This document shows, one piece after another, positions 12,675-26,089 of a stretch of 64,000 nt of DNA. The notes beneath the pieces were generated by a model. The model was not told the origin of the DNA, made no database searches, and saw only the letters and a list, made by a program, of their open reading frames with translations. Location: contig NW_027362761.1 in assembly GCF_046119375.1 (NCBI RefSeq), forward strand, positions 322,028,001 to 322,092,000. Reading direction: 5' to 3'. Each line of letters opens with the position of its first letter. Position 1 is the first letter of the stretch. Made by a program: the position numbers and the translations under genes. This DNA comes from Phyllobates terribilis. Taxonomy: Eukaryota.

Positions 12675-15600
12675 TTAAAAATATATTTTCACCAAACCAG
12701 CATTTTGCTTGTTCATTGGGTGATTGGTGGCTTGTTTAGTCAGACTGATAATCGGGAAACGAGTGTTCCTAAGAATGCTCATTACTGTTCGGCAGCCAGT
12801 GTAAATGCATCCTTACTCATATGGCATGGTATCCCCCACATCACCACACTGTACAGACAAGTGTCTGGCGTGCAGAAATGAGCCCTTTGTATACTTTACT
12901 CTTCATCTGATACAGATTGTAAGCTCCTATATGTGCTGTATATTTTTCAGTATTATTGTTACTAATGTCCATGTACAGCCCTTACTGTACTGTGTGATAG
13001 AGCATGTTCCTTCTGTACTTTTTATGCACTGAATCAATGAGGGGGAATTTTAGTAATGGCTACATGCCAGTTTTCCAGCAAAGAAAATTGGCTATTTATG
13101 GCACATGCCCTATTTGCAAATAATTAGGAATTGTAGACCGTTTGTACTGCTCACACAAATTTGGTGAAAATGGGTTGGACTGCGGGCCTTTCAATTTACT
13201 ATAATTAATGCTAAAAATGTGTAAATTTTAGTAGAGATCTATTCCACCTCCTACTAAAAAATCAGGCCCATCTTATTCCAGCTAACCTCATGTGAACTGA
13301 AAAAAAGTCTCAAATTCCTCCCCATTGGGAGAAATCTGAGACTGGCTTGATTGGGGTTGATTTATGATCACTCCACAGGAGCGCACAGCTTCCCTGCATC
13401 CCAAATTCTTGCTTGCCAGGGGCAATGCGCTCTTGAAAACTGACATTTTGGACTGGTGGTATGGTTGTGTTGCCTGGCCAGAACAGTCGCTCTCCCATGC
13501 TGCAAGCAAAAGCAGGTTTTCCTCTTCAGCATCAGACTAGAGCTGGAGCACTGAAATTGGATGGATCTGGGGATAAAGCCAGCCTCGGGTGTTGAGCTTC
13601 TTACCTAAGAGATCAGCCACCTCTAATAGACTGCAGAAATGATCAGTTACCTAGACAATGAGCAGTAAACTGTAGAATTAAAACTCCCGTCTTGAGAATG
13701 GAGAGTGGTATTCATAAGTGGCAGGTTGGACGGTTACTCATATTTTTTAAGAACTTTGCAATTTTACCCATTTAAACAAGATGAGAATAAGCCTTTAAAG
13801 GATTAGTTCACACCGAGGCAATAGAGATATGTACCACTGGCACACTCTAAACATGGAGCTGTTGCTATGACCTAGGAGGCATTTAATGAAGCATGACAGT
13901 GTTTTCTGTTGGATATCCACTTCTGTATGGAATAAGAGCCATACGAAGGCAGAGAAGAGGCCTCATGCACATGTGCCCTATTATGGCCATATACAAAATG
14001 AAGCTGTAATACAGTTGTGATAAAAAGCCTTGAACATCTCTGTTACTTGATACAGCAGAAAGTGGATATCAAGCCACAATTACAAAAAAAGAAAACAAAA
14101 TATCAGTAGTTCTTTTTTTTTTCTTCCTTATGTTCACGCTACAAAAAGATACTGAAAATAAATCTTACCGAGGACATTAGGAAATGAAAAAGTATGCGCT
14201 CGACTGTACCGGTTTCAGTTATCAATGGTCAGGAAATGTCAGTGTGAATCAAAGCCAATTTAGTTTCTGACACCTCCTTTATCACAACAATCAAGCTGAC
14301 AGGTCAGGTTTCTGCTAACTGGGTAGGATATAATGATGTAAGTGAGGCTTCTACACCTCTACACTGCACTCTGGATACTCTAGATCTGGTCTATGCAGCT
14401 ACTTCCTGGCTACGTTACTTCCCTAAGGTGGTGTTCACACTAGAGGTCAGTGTGACATTCTCCTGCTTCACATTTTCAAATGTAAAAGAAAAAAAAAACC
14501 TTTGCAGTGACCAGATGTTACATGTACTGCAGACAGAACGATAAACCAGCTTGTAGTGGCCGCACGTGCAGAGCCGATGTGATGCCAGGTGAGAATTTAC
14601 AGCATGATATCAGTGGGGTTTTTTCTGCTCCAGTTTTGCTTGCAGATGTTGCTTCGCATGTGCCAAATGAGAGCCATTGCAATGTAATTTTAATCACAAA
14701 CAGAGCATGTCCTGTACGCAAGTGCAATGGAAAACATTATTGTTTTCCAGGAGGCAGAAAGGCAAGAACGTTCCGAGTGTAATGGGACAGAGAGAAGAGT
14801 AATGGAATCCAGGTGAGGAGGCGCGCGCCTCTGATTCCATCCATGATAACAGAGTAGTGGAAAACCACACTGCGCTCACAGGGCTGTGAAAATGATCCTT
14901 GTTAGGCAAGTGAAATACTTAAGAAGCCAGGAGCTCCTGCATTCCTCAGTGTTATTAATTGTTCACTTTCTCAGGCAGCCTGGAAGGCTCCTCAGTGGGA
15001 CTTCTAATGTTATAGTCACAGGATACTCTAGTGGGGGCTGTGGAGAGCAGCAATGCACAAGTCCAGGGCTTGTAACCACCACTCTGATTAATGTATCAGC
15101 GTTAGCAAATGGAGGAATTGTGGATGGAATAAATGGCTCTGGCTGTAATAGGAGGTATGTGGTGGAAAGGCCAAGGGTTTGGGCTGTAAACTTTGAAGAG
15201 GCCTTAATGTGAGCTGAAAAAGACTAGAAAAATGTACAATCCAAAGATACATCAACTTGGAGTTAATAGGGGGACGCCAAGAAATGGCCGCCTACTAGCT
15301 TAGTTTCCATACTCACCCCACCTCCCCAGCACGTCACAGGGCCCTTTGATGTGCAGTTCCCAGCCGGATCCCGAGCCTGCGCTGTTTCCTTTGTACGGAC
15401 GGTGCTCTTCTTCCTAATATTTAATGGCTACCTTAAATATTACAATTCTGGCTGATTTGTCTGAGATGAGACAACTTTGACTGACAGCCTGCTCTGCATA
15501 AGGGCCGAGGAGTAATTACAGCGTGCTCACGGTGTTGAGAGCGGTGACTAACAGCTCCCTGCACCACCCCCCTTTAAAGTGATTACTTATGAGGGCAATG

Positions 15601-15886
15601 ACAAATTATATATTTTCCGATGGCGGGGTAATCCAATTGTTAGTAAATTGTTTTGCTGTTTTATGCATATAACTATAAAAGATTTGTCAAATTTATATAA
15701 AATATCCCTAAATGTGATTAAAAGAACAAGTCATACAATCAAGTAATGGAATTCATTTATGCAATGTGCAGCCGCCAGGGTCCCGAGGGGGCCACTTCCA
15801 GTTTGTGCCCTTCTCTTTCTATGCATTGGATGTGATAACTTAGCAGCCCAGGAAACTCTTCTATGTCAAGCACAGGCCAGAAGTTC

Positions 15887-16137
15887 ATTTATTTATATTT
15901 ACTCCCTTATACAGCGCCATTAATTCCACAGCGCTTTACAAACATCAGCATCTCTGTCCCCAATGGGACTCCCTATCAGTATGGTTTTGGAGTGTGGAAG
16001 AAAACCGGAGAACCCAGAGGAAACCACGCAAACACGAGGAGAACATACAAACTCCTTGTAAACGTTGTCCTTGGTGGGATTTTAACCTAGGACCCTAGCA
16101 CTGCAAAGTGCTAATCAATGAGCCACCATGCTGCCCC
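15887..16137 (-). mobile_element. tRNA-derived SINE (V-SINE/SINE2-like) with an L2-type 3' tail
   Basis: The minus strand begins GGGCAGCATGGTGGCTCATTGATTAGC (box A-like) and has GGTTAAAATCC (box B-like), core GGAGTTTGTATGTTCTCC...GGTTTCCTCTGGGTTCTCCGGTTT and tail TGTAAAGCGCTGTGGAATTAATGGCGCTGTATAA...AAATAAAT. Confidence 0.85.
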
Positions 16138-16480
16138 GTGGTGCATGTCCTATGAATATGCCATGAGTGTATGAGATGGATATAGCCCTTTAAGGAAAAA
16201 ATGTTGGCATGGTTGAAACTGCACACTTTTACCACAATTTGCTGTGGTTTCCTTTGTGTTTTTTACAGTCATGACATGTAAAATAAATATAACTGCATCG
16301 AAAATCACATGCATTCCTTACTGGCAATGCAATCTTTTAATGCATACCAAGTCTCTTCAGAGAAAGTGAGGATACTAACTCTATTGCCACCAATTGGAAG
16401 TAGCAATCTAAAAGTCAATATTTAACCTTTTAAAGGGTTTACCACATGACTTATGATAAGAAACCAAGCCAGGAACTCAA

Positions 16481-16526
16481 TTTGCAGACACGCGTTTCGG
16501 GGTGTTTGCCGCTCATCAATGCAAAG
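16481..16526 (-). ncRNA. Minimal type I hammerhead ribozyme motif (Penelope-associated type)
   Basis: Minus strand CTTTGCA-TTGATGA-GCGG-caaaca-CCCC-GAAA-C-gcgt-G-TC-TGCAAA. It has a 6-bp stem I, a GUC triplet, a C3U change and one stem II mismatch. Confidence 0.7.
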
Positions 16527-16879
16527 CAGGAGAGAACTGGTTTGGTTGGGTGGGAGACCTAAGCATACACTTCTTGGCGCCTCTCTCACAGGAAAACATG
16601 TTTATTATATCTACAGTCACAACCCTGTGATCATAACCTTAAATGAGACAGCTATTAAAATTTGGTAAAAAGGAAAAGAAAAAAAAAGAGCCTATCCTAA
16701 ATATAGGCGTTCAATACTTTGATTTCAGTCGTAGGGGTGTGATCCTCGCATTCATTCAGGGCTGGCGCCGCCCATGCATTTGGATTCTGCTCCTGGCTTG
16801 CGCTCTAAGTATGGGGCGCTTGTGCAGTATGTCATGGCCAGCCAGAAGCTTGCAGCACAGGGAGCCGCGCATGCGCTGT

Positions 16880-18403
16880 GACGAGCGGCACGCAGGAATG
16901 CTTGCGCTCTTCAGTGTCTCTGAAGGATGGCATGCTGGATGGCAGCGTTCTGCTACCATCCAGCCTGCCATCTCAATGCCGTTCCAGCGTGGGAGAATTC
17001 TCCTGCTCAAGCAGTGACTTCATTTGCCGGCACCGCATGCGCAGGAGAATTCTCCCACGCTGTCAGTGACGTGCATGAGGTGAGCTGAATTCATTGGACA
17101 TGAACGCGGCTCATCTGGATGCCGTCACAGCCAGACACTGAGGAGCTTCTCAGTGTCTGCGGCATGGCAAGCTGGATGGCAGCGTTCTGCTGCGATCCAG
17201 CCTGTCATGTGAATGTAGCAGAGCTGGAGAATTCGTCGGAACCATGGAAAGGTAAGGATGATGTTGCTTTATTATTTTACTTTTATTGCAGGAGATCGTT
17301 GGCTTCAGCTGGAATGGGCGTGACGGTAAGTAGAGTTTAATTTAGAAAATTAAAGAATTGTGTCTATTTCAATTAAAGGACTTTATTCTGGGTGTCTTTT
17401 TTTAAACTTTCACTATGGGGTTAGTAATGGGGGGTGTCGTATAGACGCCTCTCCATTACTAACCTGGGCTTGATGTCAGCTGGCATTATAAGCTGACATC
17501 AACCCCAACCCTATTACCCCACTGCCACCGCTACAGGGCAGTGGGAAGAGCGAGGCTAAGTGCCAGAATTGGCGCATCCTATGGATGCTCCATTTCTGGG
17601 GCGGCTGACGGCTGGTGTTTCTAGCCTGGGAGGGGCCAATATTCATGGCACCCTTCCTGGGCTATTAATATCAGCCCCCAGCTGTCTGCCTAGCCTTTGC
17701 TAGCTATTAAAATAGGAGGGATCCCAAGTCATTTTTTTTGGAGTCCCCCATTTTAATAGCTAGTAAAGGCTAGGTATTCAGCTGGGGGCTGATATTAGTA
17801 GCATGGGAAGCTCCGTGGGTATTACCCCCTTCCCAGGCTACAAACATCTGCCCCAGCCGTCTTCTTAACCTCCGCTAGAGACTAAAATTACGTGGAACCC
17901 CACGCCAATTTTTTTTTTTAATAAATCCTTTATTTTAACACTAAATGACAAGTACAGTAACCAACACTGTCACTGTACTTATTATATATGTGGCTGACAT
18001 GTTTATATCTATCTAATCTATGTGTGATGCTCTATTCTTTCTGTTCTAAATTGTCGGGTACCAGTGTATGCCGCTGATGAATTGCCGGCCAGCTTTTTTA
18101 AAGAGATGGGTGCATGAAAATCGGAGGGCACTAGTGTGTTCCAAGTGCCCTGCTATGTTTTTCATGCACCCTCCTATATACCCTGCCTGCCTGTCTGCCT
18201 ATATATTCTGCCTGCTTGACGTTTAATTGAGCACTGTTCCCATCGATTTGAGCAATTTTTGACCTTCTGCAGACCGCCAGAAAAATGCTCGAGTTTCCCA
18301 TAGACTTACATTGGGCTCGTTGCTCGGGACGAGCACCCGAGTATTCCAATGTGCTCGACCCGAGCTTCGAGCACCCGAGCATTTTAGTGCTCGCTCATAA
18401 CTA
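16880..18403 (-). mobile_element. Second, inverted and partial copy of the composite repeat at the window start
   Basis: 17110-17500 matches the reverse complement of 1-420, and 17500-17950 matches the reverse complement of about 1980-2400. It ends in a GTGCTCGCTCATAAC-TA terminus with GCTCGAGC/GAGCACCCGAG units. Confidence 0.7.
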
Positions 18404-19570
18404 CTTATTATACAATGAGGACGGCTGTAATCACTAACCGATACTTTGTCGGACAGCCTGCTCTGCACACACAAGGGCTGAGGAGTAATTACAGCGTGCT
18501 CACGGTGTTGAGAGCCGTGACTGTAACAGCTCCCTGCACCGCCCCGATGGCATTTTCTCTGTACTTCCTAACTCTGCCAGACACGATTTGCATGCTATTT
18601 ACCTGCAGATTAACCCTGGTGGTGAATGGCTAAATAAAGGTCTTAGGTTATGCTATATGTTTTCTGGCTCCCATTATAATACAAGTAAAGGGATGTGAAG
18701 CTCTTTATTTAACTAGCAGCTACAGAACAATCTCCAGACAATTCATAAAAGAAGAGCGATTGTGTGTTCAGCCAGACTTGAAAGCTTACAGCTTTTGCTG
18801 TTTAGTTAGCTGCTATTAAATGTATTACTTTTAAATCACTTGTATTCCTTTTCTCATTAAAAGAGCTTCTTATAGGCAATACCCAGTATGTGATGGGCAA
18901 ATGACAGTGAGAATTACGGCTCTATTTACCCCAGCTTGTCATGTGTGCTGTACCTTCCACTTTGATTAATAACGCGATAAGTATCACTTTATACCATATT
19001 GCACACTTGCTTCTAGATGTAACAAGCTATAATGATGACAAAGAAGAGGAAAACTGCTGCTTTCATCTATTATTTTTATTCACAAAGTGAGCTTTTGTGT
19101 TTGACTTCTCTAGTTTGAGGTGCTAAGCCACTGATCTCTGTGCTAGGATTACAGTTTGGAGAGGAGCCATGAGAATGGCCTCAAGTGAACTGCGCCCGGG
19201 GTCCTGTTGTGATCACCGCCTTTCCCTTGAGTTAGTAGATATAATTGAAACGTCTGGGGTTTTTATTGGCAGGACAGACACATACGAATGTCCTCCTGTA
19301 ATTGTGCAAAACATCACTACTTTTATTCCAAAGCAGCAGAAAAGTGGTGAAAAAGACACAAGCAAACAGACTTTCTATTAAAGGCCGTGGACCCGATTCA
19401 TGAAGGTGTTTGCCAGTTGTCTGGCATAAGACATTCAAACCCCACAAAATTTTTGCCATTTTTACAACAGTCCCAGCCAGTTTAGCCAAAATAGGTGGAG
19501 CATGGGCAGGACGGGGCGCGGCTAAGTCTGGCCTTTTAATTCATTACTTTACGCACTACATCTTTCCAGA

Positions 19571-19730
19571 AATAATAATAATAATATTTATACAGCGCCA
19601 ACATGTTCTGCAGCACTTTACAATTAAGCGGGAACATGTACAGACAATAAAAACTATACAAAGTAAAACATAGCTCAATAGTTAAAGGAGGAGCCGAGGG
19701 CCCTGCTCACAAGCAAACAGTCTATAAGGA
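19571..19730 (-). mobile_element. L2-type LINE/SINE 3' end with (TAT)n tail
   Basis: (ATA)n followed by TTTATACAGCGCCAACATGTTCTGCAGCACTTTACAAT, the reverse complement of the typical L2 tail. Confidence 0.65.
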
Positions 19731-19885
19731 AAATACTCCTGACTGGGGTAATTTTTCTGGGTGAGGCGCATGCAAATTGTAAGATGTGTTTAATTCATTA
19801 TGTGAGTGCATCTCTTAGTGAATTAGGCACACCTTACTCAAATGATCCTGTTTCTTTAGAATGGCATGTACAATGCTAGTCTTAA

Positions 19886-20281
19886 AGGGAATCTGTCTGC
19901 AGGTTTTCACTATTTAATCTGAGAACTGCATGATATAGGGGCAGAGACCCCGATTCCAGAAATGTGTCACTTACTGGGCTGTGTGTTGCAGTTTCAATAA
20001 AATCAGTGTTTTATCAGCAGCAGATTATTACTACAGGACTAGGTGTCTTGTGCTTCTTAGTCAACTGCTCTGTCTAACTCCAACCAGACCACTGATTAGC
20101 AGCTTTCTGGCAATGTACAAGGTACACCCAAAGCTGCCAATCAGTAGTGTGGGCAGGTTATACAGGGCTCAGCATTGTGAGCACTGCTACATCTGCAGCA
20201 GAGAAAATAGCGATATTATCAAAATGACAGCACGCAGACCAGTAAGCGACACGTTGCTGAAGACTTGGTGACAGATTCCCT
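19886..20281. mobile_element. T2/Kolobok-like MITE
   Basis: TTAA-AGGGAATCTGTC...GACAGATTCCCT-TTAA. A relative lies at 60594-60976. Confidence 0.85.
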
Positions 20282-22012
20282 TTAATTATTTGGGCCCCAA
20301 GTGTGTACACCAGGAAAGTGCTATTTTTTTTTTATTTTAGAAGAAGTAAAACAAAAGCCTTTTAATTGATCTGTGCAACCTACTCTAGTTAATCTATACC
20401 AAATCTTGCTTTCATGGACCTTGATATCAGCACAGGTGCTGTCATACTGAAAAGAGAAAATGCCTTCCCCCATGTATTAATACAAAGTTGTATAGTTGTC
20501 TACAATATCTTTGCATGAAAAATAGCGCCATAACATTAATTCAATCCTATTTTACAGTAGGCAACATGCATTCTGGCAGGTAGCGTGGTCTGGGAATCCG
20601 CGAATCCCTATAGATGACATGCTCCACCTTCCTGAGCCTAGTGGTAGGCAGCTTTGCACCACTTTAATGGAGGCCTGGCATTGCACATTGTGATCTTAGG
20701 ATTTGTCTGCAATAGCTCGACCACGGAAATTTTATGAAGTACTGTTTTCAATTTCAGGAAAAAAAAAAATCTATTCATAGTTGACCGAGGCAGATCAGAA
20801 ATTTCCCAACCTGACTTGAGGCTAAGGTTGAATCCTATTGAAGTGCCATGTTAAAGTCACTAAGTTTTGCAGTACGTCTCTGTAGATCTATGTAGATTAC
20901 ATGGCTGTGTGCTGGATTTTATGTACTTGTTTGCAATGTGAATGAAACTCCTGAATCTCAAAAAATAGGAGAGATGTTCACATACTTTAAGCCATACAGT
21001 GTATGGAAAGGGGTAACCTTAGGTCTTTTTATTATGCATGGTTTAACAACAAAATCAATATTCACATTAATACACAAAAGGGCATAGACATATTATGCGG
21101 TACAAGTCATAATTAGAAAGCAGGACATGTGTGCGTACAGAGTCTATGAAAGCTCAGTAGGGTCACCCAGAGATGCCGGGGTTAAGTTTTTGATTCCACA
21201 CCTGTTCAGAGAAGCACAAAGCCTTTTATGGATGATTAAAGAGAAACATATGGCCGACTGGAAAGTGAACGCTGTGCCAATTTGTCGGTTTAATCAATCA
21301 AAATAGTAACAATGAGTGCTTTGTCTGTAACCTTGTCCTTTCCGGTGTACATGCAAATCCCTGTCACTCTGTATAGTCTTTGCCTAATTCTCAAGCTAAG
21401 CTAATTACATAAGAACACGATGACAAGGAAACTTATTTTGAGTGACAAAACCATTAGATGACGGTGGCTATTTTCTTATCAAGTAACAAACTCCTGTCAA
21501 AGTGATGATTTAAAAGCCTTCAATATGTTTCAGTATTGAAACTAAAGTAAGTCTCCAGCGAGCTGCTCCATCTGTAGGCAAATTACTAGTGGTAGGTTCA
21601 GTATCTAAGTACCACATACAGGACGGGGAAGCCACAGGTGAACGTCCGTCACAGGTTTGGCTTATTAGCATGTCAGTACTTCAGCCTGATCTTACATGTT
21701 TCCTTTTTGGACATAACCAAAGGGAAAAAAAAAAAAAAGACGACCTGTGGCCTAGACTACAGTGTGGCACATGATCGCATACAAACACTACCACCACCAC
21801 CATCATCATCAGCAGCAGCTACTATGGTCTTCTACAGAGAGGAGGAAACTAGTGTTATTTTCAAACAGCAAGGAAAATGATATCTGCATGAGTTCTGTGC
21901 CTTCGTTAATAGCAAGAGTTATGTACTGCATCCACTTGGCCACTACATCTGAATTTACCATGAATGGTATAGTTTTCTTACACTACGTAAACGACACATG
22001 CATGGGGTTCTC

Positions 22013-22307
22013 CAGGGTTATGGATTTGGTAAGCCAAACCACCGACTCCACAGCACGACCTCACTACTGAGCGTGTACATAAAGTGCAGCACAGATTCAT
22101 CTCAACTAAAAGCCAAGACCCTTAGATCAGGAACAGAACAGACATTTATAGGACATTTCATAACTTTCCCAAATTCTTATGAAAAAATATTCCTCACAAA
22201 CTGCATTGAACTACTGTACCCAATTTATTAGATATTTTGGGAGTCGGTCCATTAACACAGTCTCCAAATCCACCAAAATGGACACAGACTCAGACTCCAA
22301 AGCCCTG
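22013..22307. mobile_element. hAT-like MITE (CAGGGCTGTGGAGTC family), diverged
   Basis: Internal sequence shared with the copies at 24772, 32923, 44431 and 63458. The TSD is not clean. Confidence 0.7.
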
Positions 22308-24266
22308 GTTCTTTCTGGGCTCCTCTTTAAAGAATGATCGCAGAACGTATCAGTTGAACATATGATTTTATTCTTCACAATAAATGCACGCAAATTTGAT
22401 GGTTGCAAAAACACACAGGCACAAATCGCTGCGGAGTACATTTTATGGTAGCGAAAACTGAAAAACTTATTACTATACACACTCTTTGCCCAACTAGAAC
22501 ATTGTGAGTTACTCCACAAGTCCTCTGATGGTCAAGTTGTACCTGAGGTGACAGATGGCAAATGTTGCCCCTTCAAATAGTGCAGCTGTGGGTCTCAGCG
22601 CTAACGCCCTGCCACAACTATACTCTTATTGTAGTGTTGAACAAGATACCTTGCTTAATTTTTCCTAGCACTTCTGTGGGTCCTTGTGACTCCAATATCA
22701 CAAGGTTTAACAGAATATGCTTCCATCCAGTCACAAGAGTGAAAAAGAACACTTCAACTAATGCTTTTCACAACAGTAATATGGCGACACATGCTCAGTC
22801 CAAGTCTTTGCCACACAAGGGTATATTCTCTTTCGAGATCACTCATCACTATCCTACAACAGAAGCAATATAGTAGATTTGTCACGTCGCTGTGATAGGA
22901 CCACTATGTTATGGCACTCTTGCTGCGGTATATGTTGATGCTATATGAATAATTATTAAATTAAGATGAATTTCTTGGCAGCACTCGACTAAGCCCCCTG
23001 CCCATTTTTCTTAAAAGTTGGCAAAACTATTGGAAAAACTTCAAAAGCCACAAAACTTTTGCACAACTAAAAGTTTTGCAAAAACGTTGTTACATTTCAA
23101 AACGGTTTTACATCAGAATTCCGGTGCAAACTGATGAATGGGGGCCCAGGACTGCAAGGCAAATATACTAACAAATATACTAAACATTTTGAAAGAATGT
23201 TCAATATTTCAGGCTAATTAATTTTTTTTCTAGATAAAATATTACAGACTTACCTGCACGTGTCACTTTAGTCAGTGCAAAAGCAACAAGACTATGAATG
23301 ATGATGAAAGTATATGATCACACGGTATATATTTACAACTGAAACAAGGAGACCCCACCTCTGGTGTAATGCATCAAGCACACATCGGGAAGAGGTTGTC
23401 ACACTCCGCACCGCACTCAATATTGGCTCTGCATGACACATTTATTGTTTCATCATTAAATACATGTTGCCTGGCTCCTCATCCCCTAAGGAGGCCAGAC
23501 TAGTAATAAATTTACACTATGTATTATTAGGAGTTAGAACAGCTTTCAGAGGCATATTTTGACTGCTATTATTCGATTGTCTGCCTCTCGAGCTGCCTGA
23601 GCATTCGACTCAACTCCCCTGCGGATGAAAACTGTTCCCCTTCTCCATAAACGACATCAATATGGTTAGAAATTTCTGCTATTTGGAAGGGATTAGTACA
23701 AAAGCGGTTTAATCCTGTTACTTACATCAATGTGTAAACACCTACAGGCATGTTCAACAGTAGCAATAAAAGGCAAGTTTTAGGGGAGGGAAGTGTGACA
23801 GAGTAAACCCCTTCATCACGAGATGTGCCTGTTGGTCTGTGCTGCTATTGTGTTGATGTATTAGCTGGGTTGTGTCTTTTCAGCTGAAATCATTCTCCCA
23901 AGAGATGCTGAAAAGCAATATGTCAGCCAATGTACCTCTGAGAAAAAAAGCTGAAGCCAAAGAAAACACACTCCATTATCACATCTTCAGCTAACCAAAA
24001 TAGAAATCCATTTCATGAACATCCTCACTTTTCTTGTGGCGTTCAGACACACCAGTTGACCATTCAGAAGAGTGGGGGAGCCCTATTTTTCTATTTAAAG
24101 GCTACCTATCATTTTATTTATCTAAATAAATCTCGCTCCTTCCTAACAGGTGTAGGATATTGGTGGGGATCTGGGTCCCGAGGGCCCCACCAACTGCTTA
24201 GTTCTGCAAAGCGCTGCTCAGCAGGCAGAAATGCTGAACTCCTCGTCCTTAACCATTCTAGTTTTA

Positions 24267-24618
24267 GGATGTGTGCCCACGATGCGTTTTTGGTGCGTAT
24301 TTGCAGCGCGTAAACGCTCCAGAAACGCATTGCATACCTTATCCCATGATTTCCTATGACATTCTGCAAGTTCTGTGCATATGGTCCATATTTTTTCTGC
24401 GCAGATTGTACTCGCAGAAAAAATACGGACATGACCAATTCTTGTGCATTTCTGCATGCGTATTTGCCTATACAATGCATTGGAAAAACGCATGGCAAAT
24501 ACGCATGCAAATACGCATAAAAAAACGCATGTAAAAACCGCATGCGTTTTTCTGCCAAGGAGATGCAGAAATGCTCAGGAAAATTTCTGCTTCATTTCTG
24601 CATCGTGGGCACTAAGCC
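24267..24618. mobile_element. PIF/Harbinger-like MITE
   Basis: TTA TSD. TIR GGATGTGTGCCCACGATGC / GCATCGTGGGCACTAAGCC. Internal AAACGCATGC units. Confidence 0.85.
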
Positions 24619-24771
24619 TTAATGCTACAGAAATCAGCGCTCCATGCACGGACCTCCTGGTGAGCCTGTGATCTACTTGTCTGAGGACACTGCAGCCAAG
24701 CCGAGGAGGCAGAACTGTAGGGAAAGGAGTGTGGCAGTCTGGACCAATGATGAAACAAGAGGCGTGTCTCA

Positions 24772-25103
24772 CAGGGCTGTGGAGTAGGTTAAGCCAAGCC
24801 TGACTCCTCAATTTCCATGACACCGACTCCACGACTCCCACTCCCTCATACATGGCTCATGTTTAAGTGATAAATTAACTGTAGCACAGATTCATCTCAA
24901 CTAAAAATCTAGACCCTTAGATCAGGAATAGGACAGACTTTTATAGGACATTTCAGAACTTTCACAAATTCTTATGAAAAAATATTCCCCACAAACTGCA
25001 TTGAACTACTGTACGCAATTTATTATATATTTTAGGAGTCTGGAGTCGGTCCATTTTATACCGACTCCACCAAAATGGGCTCCGACTCGATTCCACAGCC
25101 CTG
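24772..25103. mobile_element. hAT-like MITE with a perfect 8-bp TSD
   Basis: GTGTCTCA-CAGGGCTGTGGAGT...TTCCACAGCCCTG-GTGTCTCA. Confidence 0.92.
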
Positions 25104-25652
25104 GTGTCTCAGACTACCGCAGACTCCCTGTTGGCATTGTAGCCAAGTTGCAGTCCGAGTGCACAGCTCAGGCTTATTGGAGCTGAAAAGCCGCCAAGGA
25201 GCATGTAGGAAAACAATAAATAAGTGGAGACTTCAAAATAGTTTTCCGCTCTTGTTTGGACTGTTGCACAAAATATACAGACTCTGACTCCAGCTTTACA
25301 CAAATTATTAGGTTATTAATATTGTGCAATTCATTTATTGATTTTCATAGGGATTAAGAAGTTTAGAAACATGAATATAAAAATAATTTTTCATTTTTCA
25401 ATCTAAGAGCCCTATAAAAAATACACAGGGATAACAAGTTAATTTACACAGTAAATTTGTTATTGCTTATTATTGCCAATTTATAAAGGGAACGGGGGTC
25501 TAAATTTTGGCTCACCAACTACGCAACCCTACAATTTTTAAAGGAATCAAAAATGTACTTAAAATTTAGAAATAAATTGAACACCAGGCTTTACCATTAT
25601 CCTTGTCAGATGGGTGTATTCCTACACTGTCGGCACTGATTGTACAGTATTA

Positions 25653-26089
25653 GGGCAGGTGCAGACAGCCGAAGAAGATTCTCTCATCCGAGAGAATAGG
25701 GCCAATTATGCAAATCACACTGATCAAATGTTGATCTGAATCTGATCAGAGTGTGAGCATAGTGTGCCATGATTCTCTCAGGTGAGGAGAAGATGGAGAT
25801 AAAAATTCTCCATCTTCTTTATTCCGTCAGTGCACGGAAATCGGACAGCACTCAGATGTCATTCAAGTATAGTCAGATGTTTTCAACACACTCAATGACT
25901 TGCATGGTCAACTTGAATGACAATACGAATATCCAATTAAACTCAAGCCTGAAGCAATTTTTCCTCAGACGCTGTCCAACGAAAAAAATTGAACATGTGC
26001 ATGACCCCATACACTAATATTGGTCTGAACACAATCTGATGTTTTGTCGGATCACACTCGGACCGAAAATACGGTCGCTTGCACAAGCC
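25653..26089. mobile_element. PIF/Harbinger-like MITE
   Basis: TTA TSD. TIR GGGCAGGTGCAGACAGCCG / CGGTCGCTTGCACAAGCC. Confidence 0.75.

Noticed and set aside
16060-16137. Possible tRNA gene
   Set aside because: It is the degenerate tRNA-derived head of a SINE and no cloverleaf can be completed.
19222-19260. CCCTTGAG...TGAAACGTCTGGGG possible hammerhead relic
   Set aside because: The core CUGANGA cannot be aligned without assuming a deletion, which is too speculative.
21762-22070. ORF with a His/Gln run (HHHHHHQQQ)
   Set aside because: A short mixed trinucleotide tract. The frame runs into a MITE, and there are no convincing splice sites or recognisable protein.
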